Shown in pieces: positions 50,562 through 60,255 of a stretch of 64,000 bases of DNA (positions within the stretch are counted from its first letter, which is position 1; every line of letters starts with the position of its first letter). This DNA is from Roseivirga sp. (GTDB lineage Bacteria > Bacteroidota > Bacteroidia > Cytophagales > Cyclobacteriaceae), in assembly GCF_049099775.1 (NCBI RefSeq), contig NZ_JAGDZM010000009.1, positions 74,643-138,642 on the forward strand, read 5' to 3'. Position numbers and translations under genes: made by a program. Under the pieces are notes generated by a model. It saw only the letters and a program-made list of their open reading frames with translations. It searched no databases and was not told where the DNA came from.

Positions 50562-51200
50562 CTATTTGTTCATTAATCCTGACCCAGATTGATATAAAAT
50601 ATCCAATGCGTCGGGTCCCGTACAAAACAGTAAATCTAAGATGCTCATGTTGGGTACAAAGTCTTTGCCAAAGATCTGATGGTAAGGTTCTGGCCGAAAC
50701 CATGTCAAGCTGTCCAAAGATTTTTTAGGGTGAATACAAGATCTCATGTCAATAACGTCATTAGGAGGCATTTTCTGGTAACTCTCAGTATTTAAGATCT
50801 CCACCTTTGTTCTTAATAGTTTAAGACATAATGTCAGGAGGGTTTGATTGAAATCAAAGAGTTTCCCGGGATTGGTTTCGAAGACATCCTTTATATAGTC
50901 TCCATAAAAATCAAAAAAAGGTGCTTTGCCATAAGCTGATTGAATGGCCCTCCAATGATTATTCATCCACTTTTGTTTGTAGTCGATCGCAAGATCAGTC
51001 ATCAAAATCTTCTTGCCTCCATGATGTACCGGAATACTTAGCGATTGAATTTTATTGGCGCCTATTATATGGCATCTGTTGCGGTAAGATTGCTTCTCAA
51101 AGTACTCGTTTGCTTCAATATATACGGTATTTGCCCTTATTAATAAAGAGAAATAAGCAACTGATGGAAGGTATTGAGATTCTAATAAAACCTTCATCAA
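50562..51200 (-). CDS. WbqC family protein
   Basis: YFEKQSYRNR, AYGKAPFFD, YHQIF, SILDLLF. Confidence 0.9.
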   Translation of the reverse strand: MMKVLLESQYLPSVAYFSLLIRANTVYIEANEYFEKQSYRNRCHIIGANKIQSLSIPVHHGGKKILMTDLAIDYKQKWMNNHWRAIQSAYGKAPFFDFYGDYIKDVFETNPGKLFDFNQTLLTLCLKLLRTKVEILNTESYQKMPPNDVIDMRSCIHPKKSLDSLTWFRPEPYHQIFGKDFVPNMSILDLLFCTGPDALDILYQSGSGLMNK

Positions 51201-51820
51201 AGTAAATCATCAAAATCGCCTAAACCAGATCGAACCAATTCAAGTTCATCATTAGAACAGTCTATCACAGTAGACCCGGTGTTTCCGCCATAACCACCAT
51301 CAATTACGATATCTACCAAGTTTCGATACTTCTCAAAAATCAATTCTGGATCAGTTGAGTACTCAAGAACGGCGTCCTCATCATGTATAGAAGTAGTAAT
51401 AATTGGATTGCCAAGTTGTTTTACGATTTCACGAGGAATATTATTATCAGGCACACGAATACCTACAGTTTTCTTTTTAGCATTCAGCACTTTAGGTACT
51501 CTATTGCTGGCATTTAAAATAAAGGTAAAAGGGCCCGGAAGAACCTTTTTCATCACCTTAAAAATGGGTGTACTCAACCCTTTTGTATAAGCCGAAATCT
51601 CACTCAAATCGTAACAAATGAAAGAAAGGGATTGGGGCTTGGTATTTTTAATTTGGCAGACCCTTTGAACGGCTTTTACATTGCCAAAATCACAACCAAT
51701 TCCATAAACCGTATCTGTTGGGTAAATGATAACACCGCCCGACCTTAATACTTTGACAATTTTGTCAACCTTACTAATCTCTGGATTTTCTTCGTAGAGC
51801 CGTATGAATTCTGCTTCCAT
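51197..51820 (-). CDS. Sua5/YciO/YrdC family (threonylcarbamoyl-AMP synthase-like)
   Basis: YPTDTVYGIGC, LPGPFTFIL, GIRVPD, TTS. Confidence 0.9.
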   Translation of the reverse strand: MEAEFIRLYEENPEISKVDKIVKVLRSGGVIIYPTDTVYGIGCDFGNVKAVQRVCQIKNTKPQSLSFICYDLSEISAYTKGLSTPIFKVMKKVLPGPFTFILNASNRVPKVLNAKKKTVGIRVPDNNIPREIVKQLGNPIITTSIHDEDAVLEYSTDPELIFEKYRNLVDIVIDGGYGGNTGSTVIDCSNDELELVRSGLGDFDDLL

Positions 51821-51871
51821 GACTGTGACTTGGTGTCGAAGTTAGGACAAATTGACTATTTTTGTGCCCTT

Positions 51872-52906
51872 ATGCAGAAAAGAAAGCGTTTTATGATTGG
51901 CTTGGTGATCTTCTCGGTGATCCTAACCTCCTTCTCATTCTATTTCTATCAAGTGTTTTATGGTAGCAATATCTTAAGAGAAGGAACAGCGAGTGCCATG
52001 TTGATTGATAATGATGATACTTTCGATTCGCTAAGAAACAAGTTGTATGATACCAGAATAGTAGATGATATTCTATCCTTTAGCTTCGTTTCAAAAATCT
52101 TGGGTTATCAGGATAATATTAAACCTGGTTTATACTTATTCGAACCAGAAATGACTAATCTGGAAACGGTCAGAAGACTACGTGCAGGCGATCAGATTCC
52201 AATTGACCTTACATTCAACAACATCCGTTTCAAAGAGGAGTTGGCTGATAGAATTACTGAAGATACTGGTATAGATAGATCAGAATTTTTATCTCTCCTG
52301 AACAATGAGGCTTACGTCAATGAGCTTGGTTTTAATAAGGAAACCATCATGGCCATGTTTATTCCAAACACCTATGAAGTTTACTGGACAATTTCGGCTA
52401 AGGGACTTTTTGAAAGAATGAAAAAGGAGTATGACAAATTTTGGAATCCAAGCAGAATTGCAAAAGCAGAAGCCATTGGTCTTACGCCTCAGGAGGTTTC
52501 TACCTTGGCCGCTATTGTTCAAGATGAATGCTCCATAAGTAGTGAAAGTCCAAAAATTGCCGGTCTTTATGTAAACAGGGTAAAACAAAATATGCGACTT
52601 CAAGCAGACCCTACCGTTAAGTTTGCCCTTGGAGATTTTACGATACAACGCGTGCTTTTAGCAGATACTAGAATAGACAGCCCGTACAATACCTATAAGT
52701 ACAGAGGTTTACCTCCCGGGCCGATAAACCTACCCACTATCATGTCTTTAGACGCAGTTCTGAATTACGAAAAGCATAACTATCTTTATATGTGTGCCAA
52801 GGAGGATTTCTCAGGTTATCACCGTTTTGCAGAAACTTTGACTGAACACAACAAAAATGCTCGTCTTTTTCAACAAGAGATGAATAGAAGAAAGATATAC
52901 CGTTAA
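51872..52906 (+). CDS. mltG: Endolytic transglycosylase MltG
   Basis: LAAIVQDE, LQADPTV, SPYNTY...GLPPGPI, YLYMCA; start taken at MQKRK. Confidence 0.93.
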   Translation: MQKRKRFMIGLVIFSVILTSFSFYFYQVFYGSNILREGTASAMLIDNDDTFDSLRNKLYDTRIVDDILSFSFVSKILGYQDNIKPGLYLFEPEMTNLETVRRLRAGDQIPIDLTFNNIRFKEELADRITEDTGIDRSEFLSLLNNEAYVNELGFNKETIMAMFIPNTYEVYWTISAKGLFERMKKEYDKFWNPSRIAKAEAIGLTPQEVSTLAAIVQDECSISSESPKIAGLYVNRVKQNMRLQADPTVKFALGDFTIQRVLLADTRIDSPYNTYKYRGLPPGPINLPTIMSLDAVLNYEKHNYLYMCAKEDFSGYHRFAETLTEHNKNARLFQQEMNRRKIYR

Positions 52907-52908
52907 TT

Positions 52909-53316
52909 ATGTATAGTGCTTCTACCCAAATTAGGGTAAGATATGCTGAAACTGACCAGATGTCCTATGTGTACTATGGCAATTATGCCATGTACTACGA
53001 GGTTGGACGTGTAGAAGCCTTAAGGCAATTAGGCTTTCAATATAAAAGATTAGAAGCGCACGGTATAATGATGCCCGTGCATGATCTTGAATGTAAATAC
53101 CTCGCTCCAGCAAAATATGACGAGTTGCTCACGGTAAAGGTCATCATTAGAGAATTACCAAAAGTGAGAATGATTTTCGAGTATGAAGTTAACAACGAAC
53201 TTGGGGTATTGGTAAATCGAGGTAAAACAACACTGGTGTTTATCAATATGGAAACCAATCGTCCGTGCAGAGCACCCGAAGAACTCACAGATGTACTAAA
53301 TCCATATTTCGGATGA
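52909..53316 (+). CDS. Acyl-CoA thioesterase (YbgC/FadM family)
   Basis: VRYAETDQMSYVYYGNY, YLAPAKYDE. Confidence 0.9.
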   Translation: MYSASTQIRVRYAETDQMSYVYYGNYAMYYEVGRVEALRQLGFQYKRLEAHGIMMPVHDLECKYLAPAKYDELLTVKVIIRELPKVRMIFEYEVNNELGVLVNRGKTTLVFINMETNRPCRAPEELTDVLNPYFG

Positions 53317-54260
53317 AAGGGAAATTTCTAGCAATCATTCTAGAGAATTCACTATACTTGAAATTAGTAGGTCTTTTACAGCATATAAAAGTGGGAAAGG
53401 CCAAGGTGGGTCTTTATGATGCCATCCTTATATTCGTTCAAAAGTTGAGCAATGACAGGTTGTTAGCCAGAGCCAATGGTGTGGCTTTTAGCTTTACTAT
53501 GGCCATATTTCCGGCAATCATTTTTTTGTTTACACTTACCCCATACATCCAGAATTTCTTTCCGGATGTAACGAATGATCAAATTATTGGATTCCTAGAA
53601 AATATATTGCCGGCTAACCTCTATTCGGCGGCTGACTCTACAATTCATGACATCATTAATAAGCAACGTGGTGGACTACTTTCATTTGGTTTTGTGCTTA
53701 CGCTAATCTTATCAACCAATGGTATGAATTCCTTAATGAGTGCTTTCAATGCGAGCTACAAAACGGTAGAAACTCGTGGGTTCTTGAAAATGAGGTTTAT
53801 TGCGACTATTCTCATATTCATTTTAGCGTTGTCCGTATTAATATCGGTTGGCCTTCTTGTAGTAGGTCAGCAACTTTTAGAGAGCAACAGTGTCAGGGAA
53901 ATTATTCAAGAAAAAATCTCTATCGACATCCTTATTTTATTGCGATTTTTGGCGTTATATATTGTATTTCAAATAGCCATCTCCAGTATCTATTACCTTG
54001 CACCCGCAGTACACAAAAGATGGCATTTTATGAGCGTGGGTTCTGTTTTCTCCACCTTCGCCATTATCATCGCCTTTTTTGGGTTTTCATTTTACATCAA
54101 CAACTTTGGCGCTTACAATAGGCTTTATGGTTCCATAGGTGTCCTTTTGGTATTAATGGTTTTGCTATTCATCATTTCGCTCATTCTTTTGGTAGGTTTT
54201 GAAATGAATGCAGCCTTCGACAAGGCAAAAACAAAAAAATTAAAGGCAGAAAAAATTTAA
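53313..54260 (+). CDS. YihY/BrkB family membrane protein
   Basis: GVAFSFTMAIFP, YNRLYGSIG; ATGA overlap gives start 53313. Confidence 0.88.
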   Translation: MKGKFLAIILENSLYLKLVGLLQHIKVGKAKVGLYDAILIFVQKLSNDRLLARANGVAFSFTMAIFPAIIFLFTLTPYIQNFFPDVTNDQIIGFLENILPANLYSAADSTIHDIINKQRGGLLSFGFVLTLILSTNGMNSLMSAFNASYKTVETRGFLKMRFIATILIFILALSVLISVGLLVVGQQLLESNSVREIIQEKISIDILILLRFLALYIVFQIAISSIYYLAPAVHKRWHFMSVGSVFSTFAIIIAFFGFSFYINNFGAYNRLYGSIGVLLVLMVLLFIISLILLVGFEMNAAFDKAKTKKLKAEKI

Positions 54261-54329
54261 TTGGCCTTTACCACTTGCACAAAAAAAAAGTCCCACTATC
54301 TTTGCAGACCCAAACGGGAGATCACACAC

Positions 54330-54414
54330 AGAGGCGTGGCAGAGTGGTCGAATGCGGCAGTCTTGAAAACTGTTGTACCGCGAGGTACCGGGGGTTCGAA
54401 TCCCTCCGCCTCTG
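54330..54414 (+). tRNA. tRNA-Ser (anticodon TGA)
   Basis: Acceptor AGAGGCG/CGCCTCT, anticodon loop CT-TGA-AA, long variable arm, GGTTCGAATCC. Confidence 0.95.
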
Positions 54415-54426
54415 CACATTATGAAT

Positions 54427-54498
54427 GGTCCGTTCGTCTAGGGGTTAGGACGCCAGGTTTTCATCCTGGTAACAGGGGTTCGATTCCCCTACGGACTA
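54427..54498 (+). tRNA. tRNA-Glu (anticodon TTC)
   Basis: Acceptor GGTCCGT/ACGGACT, anticodon stem CCAGG/CCTGG with loop TT-TTC-AT, GGTTCGATTCC. Confidence 0.95.
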
Positions 54499-54657
54499 CT
54501 TCGAAAGAGCTCAGCTAACGCTGGGCTTTTTTTATGCCCTTCGGGGAGCAACCCGACATGCTGGCCCTTCGCTAGATTCTTCCGCAGGAAGATTCTTTAA
54601 CGCGAGGTCCTCCTACGGACTACTTCAAAAACGCTCAGCTAATGCTGGCTTTTTTTA
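54488..54657 (+). repeat. About 46-bp imperfect direct repeat of tRNA-Glu 3' end plus terminator, 124-bp period
   Basis: CCTACGGACTACTTC-gaaagaGCTCAGCTAAcGCTGGgCTTTTTTT (54488) vs CCTACGGACTACTTC-aaaaacGCTCAGCTAAtGCTGGCTTTTTTT (54612). Confidence 0.85.
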
Positions 54658-54868
54658 TTTAAGACCTCTAGAGTATCCTTACCAAAACTTTCCGCTTAAC
54701 GATTTCCCTTTGTTCGAATCCGTTCGAATAACTGATCGATTACGATCAGAAAATCCTGCTTTTATTTCCATTGTTAATTCCAAACGTTCTCTGAAGCGAC
54801 TGAGTGAAGTTTTACTATTTTGGTATCTTGTTTGAATAAGAGCAACCTGCGTTGGCAAAAACCTTTTC

Positions 54869-57229
54869 ATGCTTAAGAACTACTTCAAGATTGCATTCCG
54901 AAACCTGATTAAAAGAAAGATTACCTCTTTTGTGAATTTAATGGGGCTCGGCATCGGCATTACACTTACGGTTCTACTTATTCTTTATGCCAACTATGAG
55001 TTGGAATACGACACTTTTCATAAATCACCCGAAAACACTTATCGCCTTTTAAGAACTGAAGACCTAGGAGACAATGCGCAAATCTTAGCCAAAACGAGTC
55101 CGAGAATCATGCTTTCAGTAAGAGATGAGTTTTCTGAAATTGCAAGCTCAACCTTAATTTTCAAACATTGGGATATTCCATTACTGGGTGAAATTGACAA
55201 TGGTTTTTATGAGGAAGACTTCATTTTTGCTGACTCTTCATTTTTCAATGTTTTCGGGTATGAGTTAGTTTTAGGAGACGTGCATACCGCACTCGTTGAA
55301 CCCAATTCAATTATCCTTACGGAAAGGATGGCTGAAAAATATTTCGGTAATGAAAATCCCATTGGCCAAACTATTCGGTATCAGCTTCAGCATGACTTAA
55401 AAGTTACAGGCGTAGTTAAGAATAAAGGAAAGATTGGCTCGCATTTCGATTTCGACTTTATGGCATCGATGCCAACATTACGCCAGGTGATGGATTATGG
55501 TATATTAAGCGGTAGTTACAATGGTTTCTATAGTTACATTCGACTTTTACCCGGAACAAACATTGATACCTTCAATCAGAAATATCAAGTTTGGCTTACC
55601 GATCGATTTCCAGAGGAGCAAATCGATTTTCAACCGTTACTAGATATTCACTTACATTCCAATGCTATCTCTGAAATAGAACCTCAAAGCGATATTCTAT
55701 TTGTACGCGTAGTGCTGATCATTGCTATTGTCGTGATCATTTTAGCCACTATCAACTACATCAATTCAGCCGTCTCTACTTCCATAGAAAGACTCAAAGA
55801 AATGGGTGTAAGAATGGTTTCGGGAGCATTTGGACCTCAGATACATCTTCAGTTTATATTCGAATCTATACTTACCATTGGCATTGCTATTATCGCCGCT
55901 TTATTTGCCCTCTATTTTCTGATAAGACCATTTAATGAGCTTTTAGATACCAACTTAGTGTTAGACCCATTGGGGCAATGGGAAATTTGGCTAATCATTT
56001 CTGGCCTTATTCTAACCACGGCCATCATTTCTGGAATTGCCCCTGCAATTGTTATCCTGAGAATGAAATTGACGGATGTGTTATTGAATGTGGTGACCAT
56101 TGGCAAGATTGGGTACCTCCGAAAGGGACTTATGGTGTTTCAATTTGTTATTTCAGTAATACTCATTGTAGGTGCTTTCACCATTAACCGACAGGCGGCT
56201 TATGTAAAGACCAAAGATCTCGGTTTTAAACAAGAAGGCGTGATGGTCGTACCCATTAGAGACTTGGGCATTCATACAAGATTTGAAAGTTTCAAAGACA
56301 AAGCATTATCAGTAGCGGGAGTTACTTCGGTTTCTAGAGGAAATTCTATTCCAGGCCGACCATTTGGCTCAGAATACTACAAACCGGACCCGACAACTAC
56401 GGATTCTATTTTAATGAATATTGCGGAAATAAGTGAAGACTATTTCGAGACGCTAGGCATTAGGTTACTTACCGGTATTGAGTTTGAGTATTTAAAAAGC
56501 ACTGATCTAAAACCGATTATCATAAACCAAACTGTGATATCGGCATTTGAACTAGATAACTCAACTGATGCCCTAGGCCGAAGTATCTTTCATATGGGCG
56601 AGAAATATACAATTGTGGGCGTAATCCAGGACTTTAATTACGAAACGCTTCACAACCGAATTCAGCCTTTAGTGATTCATCCTGGCGAGGCCATGGAAGA
56701 TTTTATGGTGATTAGATATGCCGGTACTAATTCGGAAAGCGTGTCGCAAAGGATTTCTGAGTATTGGTACCTTAATTCATATGAACAACCCTTTAGGCAG
56801 TCTAGTCTTACAGAAGATATGGAAACGCTTTACCAAGCCGAAAAAGTATGGGGAGATATTGGTAATATTTCCATGCTTGCCTCCATAGTTATTGGTGCCT
56901 TAGGTGTTTTTGGACTAGTATCATTAGTTGTACAAAAGAGATTCAAGGAAATGGGGCTTAGAAAAGTATTTGGAGCGTCACATCAGAATATTATTGGCAT
57001 AATTTATAGCGAATTTTTCTCCATTCTGGGTATTACATTGCTCGTTTCAGTACCAAGTGGCTACTACCTTTCTCAATTATGGCTACAAGATTTTGCATAC
57101 CGAATCAATGTTCCGGTAGACGCTTTTGTGTTTGCTTTAGTACTTCTTGCTTCAGTCACTTGCATGGCGGTATTGTTTCACACTTTAAGGGCGCTTTCCA
57201 AAAATCCAATCCATGCCCTGAGCGACTAA
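54869..57229 (+). CDS. MacB/FtsX-family ABC transporter permease
   Basis: MLKNYFKIAFRNL, QPLLDIHL, KEMGVRMVSGA, DLGF, KEMGLRKVFGAS. Confidence 0.92.
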   Translation: MLKNYFKIAFRNLIKRKITSFVNLMGLGIGITLTVLLILYANYELEYDTFHKSPENTYRLLRTEDLGDNAQILAKTSPRIMLSVRDEFSEIASSTLIFKHWDIPLLGEIDNGFYEEDFIFADSSFFNVFGYELVLGDVHTALVEPNSIILTERMAEKYFGNENPIGQTIRYQLQHDLKVTGVVKNKGKIGSHFDFDFMASMPTLRQVMDYGILSGSYNGFYSYIRLLPGTNIDTFNQKYQVWLTDRFPEEQIDFQPLLDIHLHSNAISEIEPQSDILFVRVVLIIAIVVIILATINYINSAVSTSIERLKEMGVRMVSGAFGPQIHLQFIFESILTIGIAIIAALFALYFLIRPFNELLDTNLVLDPLGQWEIWLIISGLILTTAIISGIAPAIVILRMKLTDVLLNVVTIGKIGYLRKGLMVFQFVISVILIVGAFTINRQAAYVKTKDLGFKQEGVMVVPIRDLGIHTRFESFKDKALSVAGVTSVSRGNSIPGRPFGSEYYKPDPTTTDSILMNIAEISEDYFETLGIRLLTGIEFEYLKSTDLKPIIINQTVISAFELDNSTDALGRSIFHMGEKYTIVGVIQDFNYETLHNRIQPLVIHPGEAMEDFMVIRYAGTNSESVSQRISEYWYLNSYEQPFRQSSLTEDMETLYQAEKVWGDIGNISMLASIVIGALGVFGLVSLVVQKRFKEMGLRKVFGASHQNIIGIIYSEFFSILGITLLVSVPSGYYLSQLWLQDFAYRINVPVDAFVFALVLLASVTCMAVLFHTLRALSKNPIHALSD

Positions 57230-57323
57230 AGTAGGGTCTATTTTATAATACGGGTAGTATTAATGTCGTAAGCACAAGTCACTAATTATCTTTTTAAAAT
57301 ATTGAGTTTTTTTAGATTAATGG

Positions 57324-57354
57324 CTTGGATAATGCAATCGATTGCATAATTTTG
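57324..57354 (+). promoter_or_regulatory. Sigma-A promoter with embedded LacI-type operator
   Basis: CTTG-N19-TAATTTTG; perfect palindrome ATGCAATCGATTGCAT at 57332-57347. Confidence 0.7.
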
Positions 57355-57419
57355 TGTCAGACTAGACGAGAGAATAAGACTGACAGTTTTTTAAACGTTA
57401 GATTTCAAAGTAAAAAGTA

Positions 57420-57578
57420 ATGGAGGAGTTAAAAACTGCTCGCGTCTCGAATGAATCTTCTAGAGAGGTTAAAACGCATTCGAACGCTAGCGCTAATTCA
57501 CACGGTTCCCAGAATTTCAATCACCAGCGCGTTTCAGTGAGAGATATTATAGAGAACCATTACCGTAAAGGTAAGTAA
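57420..57578 (+). CDS. Unannotated 52-aa small protein
   Basis: MEELKTARVSNESSREVKTHSNASANSHGSQNFNHQRVSVRDIIENHYRKGK; A-rich initiation context, own promoter and terminator. Confidence 0.6.
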   Translation: MEELKTARVSNESSREVKTHSNASANSHGSQNFNHQRVSVRDIIENHYRKGK

Positions 57579-57579
57579 G

Positions 57580-57605
57580 AACGCCCCGAAAGGGGCGTTT
57601 TTTTT
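57580..57605 (+). terminator. Strong intrinsic terminator
   Basis: AACGCCCC-GAAA-GGGGCGTT followed by T-run. Confidence 0.88.
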
Positions 57606-58077
57606 ATCCGCCTACGCAATTATCTTTCCGATTTGTATCTACCAGATGGAAGATCTTCCATCCAGCATCGGTTTTTCGCAATTGAAAAGAGTTCACACCA
57701 CAGTGTGAAAACTTGTCGCCTAAATAAAACTTAAAGGGTACCCATGCTGATGCCATTCGATCATCTACCAAAATAGGACCGAACTCAATGCGCTCATCCC
57801 ATACTAAATCATGCGGTGTACCAACTGCATTTAAAAAATTGGAGAAGTCACTATTTACAATGGCCGAACCATCGGCTTCGATATTACGAACCCTTTGGAA
57901 AATCACCTGATCGGAGAATACAGAGTGAACCATAGCACTATCTCCTGCTCTCATACCATCAAACATGGTCATAATCGCTTTTTTAATATCCGCTTTATCG
58001 TTTTGTGCTTGGCTTTGGGAGCCAAACGATAAGAGCCCAAAAAGGGCTCCGATTACAATTCTATTTTTCATTTTCAA
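57604..58077 (-). CDS. Secreted NTF2/SnoaL-like family protein
   Basis: Signal peptide; FDGMRAGDS, WDERI, SHCGVNSFQL, WKI. Confidence 0.8.
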   Translation of the reverse strand: MKMKNRIVIGALFGLLSFGSQSQAQNDKADIKKAIMTMFDGMRAGDSAMVHSVFSDQVIFQRVRNIEADGSAIVNSDFSNFLNAVGTPHDLVWDERIEFGPILVDDRMASAWVPFKFYLGDKFSHCGVNSFQLRKTDAGWKIFHLVDTNRKDNCVGG

Positions 58078-58133
58078 AGCTTTTACTCAAAGCTATAAGT
58101 ATTGAGAAAACTCTCGCTGTGGAATCTAGCTAT

Positions 58134-58841
58134 TTATCTTGCACGTCGTACTTTTCCGCCTGTATTCGACTTCATATCAATCTGTGGCCGTCCTCTATAA
58201 CTTACAGTCCCTCCTGTGTTGGCGCTTGCTCTTAATCTATCAGTTGCATTAACTCTAACATCAGCACCGGTATTTGCCTTTGCGTAGGCTTCTTCTGCTT
58301 CCACATCATAAGCGTAAATGGTACCGCTAGTTGATGCTTTTGCTTCTATCTCTACGGCTTTACCCCTCACTTCTACTCTACCTGAAGTTGTTGCGCTCAT
58401 ATCCAAATAGGTAACTTCTGCTTTTACATCTACTTTTCCTGAAGTACTAGTGGAAATACGCAATTCTTTTACCTTAATCATATCTTCGAAAATGACCTCA
58501 GACCCTGTGGTAGCCACGATTTCTTCCATTTCCTCAGTGTAGGTAATGTAAGCCTTCACTGTTCTTCGGTTATTTCTTCTGCTATAAGAATTTCTTCTCA
58601 GTTTAATTGTCAAACGATCGCCGCGAACTTCAGTAAGAATACGATCGAGATCAATCCGATCTACTTCTAGTTCTACGCTGTTCGAATTGCCTTTTTTAGC
58701 GATTACCTCAATCCCTTCAGATACTCTGATTTCAGTGAATCGATCAAGATCTCTAGTCTCTTTTTCCTGTGCAAAAGCGACCGAGGCGATTAATAATAAA
58801 ATAATTGTGATTTGAGTTTTGAAGTTGTTTTTCATATCCAT
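58134..58841 (-). CDS. Head GIN domain (DUF2807) protein
   Basis: Repeated A(S/N)TSG/TG beta-helix units; FTEIRVSEGIEV. Confidence 0.82.
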   Translation of the reverse strand: MDMKNNFKTQITIILLLIASVAFAQEKETRDLDRFTEIRVSEGIEVIAKKGNSNSVELEVDRIDLDRILTEVRGDRLTIKLRRNSYSRRNNRRTVKAYITYTEEMEEIVATTGSEVIFEDMIKVKELRISTSTSGKVDVKAEVTYLDMSATTSGRVEVRGKAVEIEAKASTSGTIYAYDVEAEEAYAKANTGADVRVNATDRLRASANTGGTVSYRGRPQIDMKSNTGGKVRRAR

Positions 58842-58895
58842 GACCTTTAATTACAACCAATAGACATCAACTTATACTTTGAGGTTGCATCAAAC

Positions 58896-58928
58896 AAAAA
58901 AGACCGCCATAATATGACGGTCTCTTTT
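58896..58928 (-). terminator. Terminator after the Crp gene
   Basis: AAAAAAGACCG/CGGTCTCTTTT hairpin. Confidence 0.7.
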
Positions 58929-58944
58929 CAATATTTATAACTTG

Positions 58945-59628
58945 TTAAGCGGCCAGTGCGCTAATGTTCGGAATAGTAATTAAGCTCCTGCTATAAAGAA
59001 TAGTCCCTTCTTCCTTCAACTCATTAATAAGCGTAGTTACTGTCTGTCTTGATGAACTTATCAGACTTGCGATTTCATTGTGTGTAAGGTAATTTTTGAT
59101 CACCAAGCCGTCTTCGGCAGGCTTACCTTCTTTATGTGCCCAGTCTACCAAGAAACTTTTCAACCTAGCCTTCACATCTTTAAAGACAAGGTTTGCATAT
59201 CTATGCTCTAGTTTTCTGAGCTTCTCGCCCATTTTCTTTGAAAATGATAGGGCTAAACTAGGGTGCTTCTCCATCAGCTTTTCAAATTCTTCCATCGTAA
59301 AAGTGCAAAGTATCACTTCACTCGAAAGAATTTCGGCAAACTCTTGACTTGGCAACATAGACGTGATTGGGATTTCACCAAAAAGATCACCGGTAAGAAT
59401 TATATCCTTGATCATTTCATTACCAAGACCGTCTACTTCGCTTATTTTAATTTTCCCGTTGATGAGGAAGTAGAGTCTCTTAGACTCGTCATTTGCGAAA
59501 TGAATCGTTTGACTCTTTTTCATTCTCACAAAACGTGAGATTGCACATAGATCGTGAATTTGTTCTTTACTTAGGTTGGCAAAGAGATCATAGTTTCTCA
59601 AGTACCAGTATTTTATTTCTTTCTGCAT
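58945..59628 (-). CDS. Crp/Fnr family transcriptional regulator
   Basis: cNMP domain GDLFGE; HTH LTHNEIASLISSSRQTVT. Confidence 0.92.
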   Translation of the reverse strand: MQKEIKYWYLRNYDLFANLSKEQIHDLCAISRFVRMKKSQTIHFANDESKRLYFLINGKIKISEVDGLGNEMIKDIILTGDLFGEIPITSMLPSQEFAEILSSEVILCTFTMEEFEKLMEKHPSLALSFSKKMGEKLRKLEHRYANLVFKDVKARLKSFLVDWAHKEGKPAEDGLVIKNYLTHNEIASLISSSRQTVTTLINELKEEGTILYSRSLITIPNISALAA

Positions 59629-59631
59629 GAA

Positions 59632-60255
59632 TCATAAGTTTATTACCAATTGAATCAGTGCCATAGCGATTAAAATTCCGCCCAACACCTTATTATAGTT
59701 TTTCGTCAACTTTTTGAAGATGAAATCCCGATTCCTGGTAGTAAGCTCGGCAACAAGCCACTGCAGTAAAAATGCACCCAAGGCCGTTCCTATTACGAAA
59801 GCAACTTGAGATGGTAAAGAATTATTTTCTAAAATAGAATTGCTTCTAAGCAACGTAATTATAAAAAGCCAATAAGGATAAAGTTGTGGATTGAGCATAC
59901 CAAACGTAGCGCCTACCCAAAGTTCTTTTCCTTGCTTGTCTAATTTGTTATTCTGTTTTGTTGAGGCTTTTTGTAAAAACAAATAGACCCCGAAAATAAG
60001 CAGGATTCCAACTGTCAAATACTTGAGGTAGTCGTCGAGTCCTTCGTATTGTGATATAAAATTTGAACTGCCAATGGCCAATCCACAATACAATAACTCA
60101 GGTAAACTACCGCCAAGACCGAAGATGATGGCTGCTTTCTTATTCTTATGAAGGGCCGTATGGATTGTACCCATATTAACCGGTCCTAGTTGCAATGATG
60201 CAACAAAACTAATCGCTGTAGCGACTATCAACGCTTCAATTACCGTCCAAATCAT
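59632..60255 (-). CDS. LysE-family translocator
   Basis: SLQLGPVN, FGMLNPQLYPYW; 6 TM segments. Confidence 0.78.
   Translation of the reverse strand: MIWTVIEALIVATAISFVASLQLGPVNMGTIHTALHKNKKAAIIFGLGGSLPELLYCGLAIGSSNFISQYEGLDDYLKYLTVGILLIFGVYLFLQKASTKQNNKLDKQGKELWVGATFGMLNPQLYPYWLFIITLLRSNSILENNSLPSQVAFVIGTALGAFLLQWLVAELTTRNRDFIFKKLTKNYNKVLGGILIAMALIQLVINL

Noticed and set aside
54281-54289. A9 tract in the tRNA promoter spacer as a phase-variation switch
   Set aside because: Spacer is already the canonical 19 nt, and poly-A runs are common in this AT-rich genome
54261-54518. 85-aa ORF in the track
   Set aside because: It runs across tRNA-Ser and tRNA-Glu; spurious
58859-58889. TGCAACC-N16-TGTCTATT (minus strand) upstream of the GIN-domain gene as an ECF promoter
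   Set aside because: Plausible shape but single copy, and it does not match either local ECF motif; too weak to call
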